Shown one piece after another: positions 54,405 to 64,000 of a DNA stretch of 64,000 bases (within the stretch, counting starts at the first letter, position 1; every line of letters begins with the position of its first letter). The notes below the pieces were generated by a model. That model worked only from the letters and a program-made list of their open reading frames with translations, made no database searches and had not been told where the DNA came from. The stretch is from Chrysomallon squamiferum (lineage: Eukaryota; Animalia; Mollusca): positions 6,262,001 to 6,326,000 of the forward strand of contig CM022669.1 in assembly GCA_012295275.1 (NCBI GenBank). Reading direction: 5' to 3'. The translations under genes were made by a program, and so were the position numbers.

Positions 54405-57400
54405 TTAATTATTATATGTGTGATCTTTAAAAATATTTATTATGCCATTTAATTAAAAAGGTTTTGAATGTGTCTATAAATTAATATTTTCTTTCATATT
54501 ATTCGAATTGAAGAATCTCATTTTAAACAAATTTATTTACTTATTTTATTATTTATTTATTTATTATTTTATTTTATTTTATTTTATTTTATTTCATTTT
54601 ATTTTATTTTACATTTTTTATTATTTATTTATTTATTTATTTTATTTTATTTTATTTTATTTCATTTTATTTTATTTAACTTTTTTTTTATTATCACTTG
54701 TTATTTTTTAAAGATATTTTGTTTTTCATCTTTCTTCAAATTAAAATATCACGCTTTATCGTATCTTTTCAGTTAATTTTTTTTTTTTTTTTAGTTTTTT
54801 TCCAAATTAAGAGAACCAAGACATTCAGCATCATCACGGCTTTTTCAGAGATCTGTTACAGTGATCGGTAGTTTGCTTTTTTTAACCCTCTGTTTTCTGA
54901 TGTTTGTTCTCAAAACACGTCTCTAAGGCCTCCGACCTCTGCACCGGTAAGCAATTTATCTGAAAAATATTTTCTAGCGGTCCTGCACTTTCGGTCGTCA
55001 TTGGTGTGCGAAGCTGTAACCACAAACCATCGCATTCTGGACGAGCAAAGCTTAACATGCCTGAGAGGTCCTCGATTCAATTTCCGGGATCCGAGGAGTA
55101 AAAATATTTTACCGAAAGTCATTGATTTATTGCCACTTTTCATATTTTTCCTAAAGAATTTTATTGTAGGACAGGACAGACTGGACGGTAGGGGTGCGCG
55201 TGACGTGTGGGGGTTCACGCAGAAACATCTTGGCTCGGTTTGACAGATTACAGGTCGATGAAGGCGCGTCTTCGCTTCATCATTTTTATTTCTTGGAGAA
55301 GCGAGGTCATTTCTGCAACATAAAATGTAAAGGAAAGCTGCCGTACTGCACTATAAATTCTTCTATCAGATCCCGTTATTTTTATTATTTTTTATTTTTT
55401 ATTATTATTATTGAAAAATAGAAAAGATGAATTTTAAACGATCCTGGTGTTTCGTTTGATGATAATCAGAAAAATGAAGATCTTGTGTAGATATAGCGGT
55501 TTATGATGTTATCGCGTCACACATTTCGACCTAAATGTTGTTAAAGTAACGCTTCGACTAAGACAAAGTTTTACACGTCTGAATTTTCTGTTAGAAGTTC
55601 CTTTGAACAGTTGGATATATACATATAAATAAATATGTTAAAGAATGCATTTTTTACCCCTCAAATATTTCAACGTATTTAAAATACTGTCCTTAGTGCT
55701 TTAGATAACACAGATTCAGATAAGAAAAACAATCAAATAAACAAATCAACAACAACAAAAAAACAAATCAGTAACAAATTATATCATTATTATAATGTTT
55801 GAAAAGATAGTTGTGAATAAGCGGATGTCAAAATAAATAACATTGTGCATCAGTTATACGAAAATTATTTCATGATTTTATTTATTTATTTTTTTTTTTT
55901 TTTATTTACTTTATTGTTATTGTTTTAATAATTCCTTTGTTCCAGTGTTGTCTTTGCTACTTTATTTAATTTCTTTTTTTTTTTTTTTTTTTTGTTATTT
56001 TGTTCCGGATCCATTTCTAATTTTTGCAAAAGTTCAACCTCGATGTTAGATTACCTGTTTTCCCCGACACCTGTAAAGTTTGATCTGCCCCTGGTTTCTG
56101 CAGAAGAAAACAAAACAAAACAGAATTTTCGTATTTTTGATGCAGGTGTGCTCGTTTTGCTACAATGTAGCACAGACATGCATACCTTGTAAACCACACG
56201 TCAGTCAAACTTCAGCAGTGAAAGTTCACGTGCTGTGTTTATTTTCTTCTTTTTAATTAGTGTTTATTTTCACCTGTCAGGTGCTGTAGTGTTGAGGAAT
56301 TTTACTTTCTGGAGTCTGGCTGTATTTTTGTCCAGGTGAGTTTTTGTTGTTGTTTTTCTTTTTGATTATTGTCGTTTTGTTGTTATTTTATGTGTGTATA
56401 AGTGCATAATGATGATAAGAAACCAAAACCTACAGAAACTCGTCTAATAAGATATTTATTTAAATACATTGGTTAGTTAGTTGTATAAAGTCCGTTGTAT
56501 AATATGAGACGGCAACTCACAGTTTCAATTATTTAATCCTAGTTCAGTACAGTTCTACAGATATGTGTATGTATGTACCACTGATAAGAAACCAGCTGTT
56601 TCTTTAGGATGTCTAGTCTGAAGACATCAGACGCAGTGTATGACAAGATATAATGATTTTGTCGTCTGCTGAGCACGTGACGTCTGTTTAGCGCGAGACT
56701 CAGACGTCTGCATTTTTAATCTTATCCCGCCTCGATTGTAATCAGGCGCGGATCAAAATGGTGACGAGGGTTTCTTTTCATTACGAAGAATAAAACGTTT
56801 TCTCTCATTTTATTACGTCTAAATTTATAACGAAAGAAACAGATTTGTCGTAAATTTACATGTGCCAGTAAATAATTAAATTTAACAAAATCCTTAGTAG
56901 TATCTTCACATTGTTAGAATCAGTATTTCTAAAACTTTTAAATTTCCGCACAGCGGAATTGTCTAACATGCCTCTCCCCTGTAGAAACAGCAGGATCCTT
57001 CCTTGTTACGATTTGAAATTGATTAATGAGGGATTGTTTTAATGTGGGCTATCTAGACAAGCATGTGGTGCACTGGACAAACATGGCGGATATCTTTCGA
57101 GACTCGTGTCAACAAATATCTCACATTAGAAAGTCTATATATCTTGTCAGAGATGTGGAGAGATTGTCCAGATTAGATGTATGATAAAAATAACGGAATG
57201 TGAATATCAGCAAAGTGTAAGTAATGTTATATATATATAAAGTGGATTTTTGTCTAATCCAGGATCGAGTTAGCTGAAATGCTTCGCTTAATACAGTGTG
57301 CTGGAATAGAGCTATTTTATCCATAATCACGGTTCTTGTAAATCGTAATAGAAAACAGCACGAAAAATAGCATGTAAACTGTGATAAAATGCTATCACCG

Positions 57401-58935
57401 TCTATACTAGACATACCTTGTTTCTAATACTGAAGGCTGATCGATGCAATTACGTTTCGAAAAGATTCACAAAATAATTGTATAACAAATATGTTCTTCA
57501 ACTCAGATGACATGATCCAAACTTCTTCGTGGTTTTTCACCTTAGCAGTTCTCTTACTAAGCCAGTGCTACCTCTTTTAAATGTACGAGTCACTGAAATT
57601 GTCTTCATATAATCTTCACTCACACTCACATATACACACATAAAAAAACATATTTACCAATTAGACACAACATACATATTTTAAAGCTACCAGAAAGAAG
57701 CGAATAAAAGCAGAATTTAGAAACCAATTATAGATGCAGCACTGCTACAGTAAATATCTTATAAATATTTAAGATAAACTGTGACACTTGATTTCTTTGG
57801 ACGAAAATTGAATTTAGATCTCCACTCTGTTTGTGTTTCGCATCGCTAGAGTTGATACCCTCTCTATATTGGTTTTACTGTGAAAAAAACGTTAACGTCG
57901 TCTCCTGTGGGAATTCTTTTCCTGTCATGCAACCTGCAGTGTTTATTACATTAAGAAGTGTGAGTCAAACAAAGACAGAGCTGTTAAGTGGAGATGTCTT
58001 CAAATGACGTCTTAAGAATTTATAATTTTGAATGTTTGAAGTAATTTATTAAAAAATAATAAAAAAAAAAAAAATTGTTTCCGATTTTCGGTAACAGGCA
58101 CTTGAAGATGTCGAGTGTGATTAACGTACGACCTTTGCTTGGGAGTTGAAATGCTTCTGTTGCTGTGGTCGTCGTTGTAGTTGTTGTCCTCGTTCGTCGT
58201 TGTTCTTATTCTCGTCGTTGCTGTTGTTGCTTATTTCACATTTGTTTTGTTTTGTTGTTTTATTCTTTTTCTACTCGTCGTTGCTGCCTTGTTTATTTTT
58301 ATTTATTTATTTTTTTAATTTTTAATTTTTTTCTTGTTGTTGCTTCTTGTTTACTGTATCAAAGATGAATTCGTATCAGGAATTACGTCATAACTGATGG
58401 ATGTCAAAATTTTTATAATGTCGAATTTGTATTAATTATATTCTATTATACAATAACTATATAGTAAAAAAGGTTTTGGTTTTTTTTTTTTTTTTTTTTT
58501 GTTGTTGTTGTTTTAAATAATATACAATGACACAGTTACATATAAATCATTGCACAATACTAATATTTAATTATTTAAAAGGATCATACAATAATGATGT
58601 GGTTTTTTTTTATCATTTTAAAGTACACAGGAACGTTTTAAATATTATTTATTTATTTATTTATTTATTTCTGAAAAAAATTATAAACATTTTTTTAAAT
58701 ATCCCTCTCTTTCTCTTTCCATCCCACTCTGTTTATCTATCTACCCATCTCTCTATCACCATCGTCACCATTATAAATTATCACCATCATTATTATCTTC
58801 GTTATCAAACTTGTTTTTCATTATTTAATTACATTTGGTCGACAAAAACCGATCACCAGGAAGTGACCCATTCCTTTGTCTTCTGTCGTGTTTGTTTACC
58901 TCCTGTCCAGTGTGACTCTTGTTGCCTTCGGGTTT

Positions 58936-58973
58936 CCACGTCACAGCCAATAACAGCCTTCACCCATATAAAT
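58936..58973 (+). promoter_or_regulatory. Promoter-like module CCACGTCA - CCAAT - TATAAAT with no associated gene found
   Basis: CCACGTCA 58936-58943, CCAAT 58947-58951, TATAAAT 58967-58973, in a locally GC-rich island. Confidence 0.35.
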
Positions 58974-61050
58974 CTCGTCCATGAGACCCCGGGGCATGAA
59001 GACCCTGGGGTAGGAAGCCGCACATGTTCCGAACATTTCCAATGATTCATCAAGTTACTGAGAATCTTGTTAACGGAACACTGACAAAATCACCTACGAG
59101 ATCAGGTGCATAAACCGACTGTAAAAATGCAGTATGTTAAGTGAAGGAAATATACAGATTCATGATATGCTAGTGGAGAAAGATAAAAAAGGAAAAAAAG
59201 ATGGTTTAAGGAATGAAAGAAGAAGAGAACTGAAAAAAGAAAGAAGAAATAAATTTATAGAAAAGAAAGAAAAAAATGGAAACATTAAGTGAGGCCATTT
59301 TCTTTCTTTCGTTTTTTCTTCTTTCTTGGTTATCTGCCTGTTTCTTACGCTCAATATAGCACTGTATATAAACTACTGAGCTTACTGTTTATTTACATTA
59401 CAACTGTTTCTCCACTTTAAAAAACCCCACAATAATAATAATAATATGAGCTTTACTTGCATCTTCAATATATTATTATATACATTATCTCCTTCACTGA
59501 ATTATACAATAGTTGTATTCCACATTAAAAATATTGCGTATAAAATATTTAATATGTAGTTTACTATAGATGTCTAAACTTTGAAATACTGATGTCATTA
59601 TTGTAAGACCACATGAGCCAGTATTATTGCGGCAGTCGGAGATTCGGTTTTTGTTAAGGACGCTACTTTTGCTCATCTGTTAAGATGATGTAGTGATATG
59701 TAAGATGCCACTACCCAGAGAACTATGATTGAAAGCGCTGTGTTAGAAACTAGAATCTGGTCGACTGCTGGACATAGTTTTCTCTAATATAAATCAGTGG
59801 TAAAATAATCAACAAAAAGCTTTAGAATACAAAATGAATAGAGCCATACGATATCTTTTAGCCTATCATAAAATTATACATCGACAACCATTAAAACTAT
59901 AACGATTACGACATAACGATTTTGTTTTCTCTCTCTCTCTTTAATTAGTTTTTTTATATGGGAATAACGGCCGCATTGTTATCTGATATAAATGTTATTT
60001 TACTGGACGTGTTGCCACATTTCAAATAACTCCACTTATAACGGCACCAAGTCGAGATTGTTAGCTGTAATTATTAAAAAAATCGGTACTATCAGTGGTT
60101 TGTCCGCCATGTTTGTTCTCCCGGGTCATTTGCATATTTATTAGGTCCCGGATGTCGTTGCACGTGTCGGCTGATATCTGTTGTCCGACAGATAAACCAG
60201 TGATAGAGTCCGACTCTAATAATCAACTTGTTGCAGGCAGTTACACCCGTCTCTGTTTATTTTGACCATGTGATGTTGATCCGTTTGTACTTATTAAACC
60301 CGTTTATATTTACTTGTCTGTTTTAATCTACTCACTCTGTATCTAATCACAATATTATTGAAATGTATTATTGAAATGCACGAATAAAAGGTATTAAAAA
60401 CATTTTTTCCAAAATATCTAAGTTATTTTTTATTTTACTTGTTCCTGGTAACAGTTCTGTCTTGTCCGTTACGAGTAATAAGAAACTATGAAAATAAAAC
60501 AGATTCCAGTTTATAGTCATGACGTCACTTCGTACATCTTTCACTGATTAGCTCTCTCTAAGCGTCTTCTGGCGTTGTTAAGAACAAATTTAAACATACT
60601 GAAATGTAATTACAAATATAGATAGACTAAAAAGATGGATAGACAGACAGACAGACAGACAACTACGTATTCCTTTGACACGTAGTCCGACAATTTCTCT
60701 TTGTTTTAATTCTGACAAATGTCTGAGTCACGCTTTATCAAGACCACTTAAAACACAACCCGTCGCTTTACGTTACTTCCACCTGTACTCGACTCAAGTC
60801 CACGTGTCACTAATTAAGGAATCACTGCCGCCATCTTTAGATAACTGTGAATGTTTCGCTGGAAGGGATGATGTCAGAGCGTCGTTACAGTTCAAGTCGA
60901 AAGTCGCATTATTTATTCAGGACAAAGTTCTAACAGTAAATGTGTCATCACAGTCTTTCTCTGTCGCGGATAGCTCTAGCGTGCGACCATTTTAAAATGA
61001 GATTGTGTATGATATGACAACAACACTAATAATAAAAATAACAACAGTTA

Positions 61051-61377
61051 TACATGTTGAGAATTCTTTATCCGAAATTCCGAAATGCGAAAAGTTCTGA
61101 AATCCGAAATGTTTGCGAGTATCTGAATGGTTTTCGGATGGTTTAGCATATACAAACTTTATTTCATAAAAGAAAACATTAAAAGTTTTTTTTTTTTTTT
61201 TTTTTTTTAAATCCTTCAGACAGTTTTTGCTTAAACTATATTTGAAATATAATAGGAATTTATTTCCTGCTCTCTGATTTATATCTTTATAACTCAGTAT
61301 CAGAAAAAAAATAAAAATAATAATAAACCATAACGGTTACGGTCCCAAACATAAGGATAAAGAATCCTTAATCTCTA
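61051..61377. mobile_element. Tigger/pogo-like (Tigger4/Zombi-type termini) MITE
   Basis: TA-CATGTTGAGAATTCTTTATCCGAAATTCCGAAATGCGAAAAGTTCTGAAATCCGAAA ... GGTCCCAAACATAAGGATAAAGAATCCTTAATCTC-TA: imperfect TIRs (ATTCTTTATCC/GGATAAAGAAT), TA flanks and TCCGAAA subterminal repeats. The resemblance to Tigger4 ends is from memory, not from a search. Confidence 0.65.
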
Positions 61378-61795
61378 ATAAAAATAACCACCACCACAAC
61401 AACAACAAAATAACACGAAACGAGCTATAAATATTTTATTATGTATCTCAACTTATTTTACTATAAAAGTTAGTATTTTCTTTTGTACTGAAATGATAAA
61501 GAAAACCCACCAATGTTCCTTATGCTACTATCATCTGTGAGGAATGAAAGCAAAAAAAAAAAAAAAAAAAAAGTATATTCATCTTCCCTTTCTTGAGAAG
61601 TCCTGTACCACAGCTTCAACAGCTGGTCCTGAGTCACTGCCTGGGTCATCAGGTAGACTTGATCACGAAACCTACTGCGCATGACATGAGCATTCTCTTT
61701 GCAAATGAAGAAGAATATAAATGAATATGAAAAACATAAAAAAGAAGTTAAAAAAAATATATTAATAATAAAAAACGAATTATAAACAGTAAATG

Positions 61796-61826
<31 letters not shown>

Positions 61827-63898
61827 AAAGGAAAGAAAGACTGAAGGAAGAAAACGAAAAGAAAACATGAAAGATAAAAAAAGAAGAAGAAAGACAAAAG
61901 AAAATAATTAAAAAGAAAGAAAGGACTCACAAAAATTAATAACGAATCGTATAAAAATGTGTAAAACAGTTCTACCACATAATAACAAGCCTCACTACAA
62001 TTTTAGTGTGATGACAGTAAACCTTCGCTGTTCGCATCATGATAAATAATCTTTATTATATCACAAATAACCCGACAGGATACCCACTAATCCCTCACAC
62101 CTTGGGACTGCGCATTAAACATATCTAATTTATTTATTTCACAATGCATTTAAGTGATGAATGGCATATAAACTTCACCGAAGACGAAATTATATGAAAA
62201 CAGACCGACTCAAATACAGTATTTTTCTCTCGTGTTATTTGTATGTCACACACAGAGATTTGGGAATAGTAATAAAGATTTATTTAAATCTATAATCTTC
62301 ACGCTGATTGGCAGAAATCTTTAGATCTCGATATATATTTGTAAGCTTAACGCTGATTGGGTGTCAAGGATACTGACGGTGTGATTTATTTGATCCCGTA
62401 AGCCGGATTGTGATTGGTTTGAGCGTGTGTTCAAGTGATAGAATTGGTTTTAAATAGAGTGATAGGAATTAATTTTGATATACTGTCAGATAGTGTCAAA
62501 AACCTCATAAAAAAAAGTTATGCATAAATGTATGTATATATATATATTCAAGTATACATCGTGACAAATCCAAGTTCAAAAGCGTCAGCGTACGCCTACA
62601 CACCCACTAAATTGAAGGCATATATAAAAAATATATAACACAAAATACCAATTTTTCACACAAACAAGAAACAACTCTAGAAAACATCTAATTATACTAA
62701 TTAATATGTCTGAAAAAAATACTCATTTACATATAGAAAATATCACACACACACACACGCATGCATACAGATTCATAATAAACTACATAAAGTGATCATT
62801 AAGTAAGTCTTCTAAAATCTGTTCAGTTCTAAAAATTCGTCATATTTATTGTTGCAAACAGTTAGCAAAGTTCAGTTCCTCGTGACTGGCCATAGAAGCC
62901 GCCAAATATATTTGAAAAACAAAAAACAACGCCAAATTTTTGCATCTTCTGGTTATTTAGGTGTTTCGGACCAGTAACCAATAAAATTTCTTATTATATA
63001 TAAAGTAAACAAGTATAAAATACAACAGAATCGATATCCAACATATATATACATATATGACACAAAGAGCATAATTTATAGTTTTATATATACATTTTTT
63101 TAAAACAGAAAAACATGCATCGCCACATTAAATATATATAGATATATACACACACACATATGAAAGTTATTTAAACACACACAAACAGTGAAGACACCAA
63201 CACACACACAAAAATATACACACACAAATATATAACGCACATACACAAAATGTGTCACACCAAAGCTCGCACAAATAAAATCACGTCACTCATAATTATA
63301 CACGTAAAAATACGTTACAAGATCTATTATCTCTCTCTTTGCGTAAAGCGGTTCACGTTAATATTGTTGTCAATTACTGTTTGTTTTTGTATGATCAGAA
63401 CAACTGCTATTAGGTATTGACTATCTGTCATAAATGATAAACTGTCGTTTACGAAGCACATATGTATTGTTTGATGTTTAATCTCAGAACATGGCCGCAG
63501 ATAACCGTTCTTATCCCAGGCAATTTAGGTTTCCACGATACCTTGTTTGTTTAAAAGCAGAGTAACCAAAGAGGAAATATAATAAAGTGTGTGTACTCTA
63601 TAAAAAAAAATACAGCTGTTGACTGATGTGAAGATGTCGTTTTTTTTAAAGTTTATGTATGGCGAATTGTTAATTAATTTCTTTTTTTACGTAAAGGTCG
63701 TTTGATTAAGATTTGATGGCAAGTTAGTGAAGATGTAATTAATGAACTAAAAAAAAAAAAACATCGCATGTTAATAAATATGTAATTGCAGTTTGTTTTA
63801 TGTGCATGATTGATAGATGTGGTGACAGAGAGTGGTGAAACAGAAATAGACAAGAAGAGTAAAGTATAGAGAGATATGAGAGAAAATGAGAAAGGATA

Positions 63899-63919
63899 TG
63901 TGTGTGTGTGTGTGTGTGA

Positions 63920-64000
<81 letters not shown>
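63899..64000. repeat. (TG)n(GA)n microsatellite running off the window end
   Basis: Directly visible. Confidence 0.97.

Noticed and set aside
52090-55421. Non-repetitive ORFs at 52090-52491 and 54910-55421
   Set aside because: No recognisable domain and no consistent splice boundaries; more likely CpG-rich regulatory DNA.
61620-61690. Hammerhead ribozyme (CUGAUGA on the minus strand with nearby stems)
   Set aside because: No stem II followed by GAAA in the required order.

Overview
Eukaryotic, very AT-rich, microsatellite-saturated animal DNA. It looks like an invertebrate, probably a mollusc or other lophotrochozoan, but that is an impression and not a determination. Almost all ORFs in the supplied track are translated simple repeats. 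Two real protein-coding loci are supported, both on the minus strand. (1) A complete 8-exon gene (CDS 43302->24353, 1359 nt, 452 aa by my manual splice-up, all phases consistent) encoding signal peptide + three Ig domains + Thr/Gly/basic stalk + hydrophobic tail, i.e. a Lachesin/DIP/IgLON-type, probably GPI-anchored adhesion protein. Exons 1, 2, 4 and 5 are missed by the ORF track. (2) The first coding exon (5990->5654) of a secreted IGFBP-N-domain (CRIM1/IGFBP-rP-like) protein with a TATA + palindromic CRE promoter; I found no downstream exons in the window. Non-coding highlights: a 2.35-kb 36-bp satellite in which nearly every unit carries TACTAAC-N4-TAAC and chained palindromes, with a 361-bp higher-order duplication; a 40-bp minisatellite whose unit mimics a poly(A) site; a fixed-spacing CRE-half/CCAAT array; Tigger/pogo-like MITEs; and several orphan exon-like segments on both strands, including an in-phase candidate alternative terminal exon for the Ig gene.
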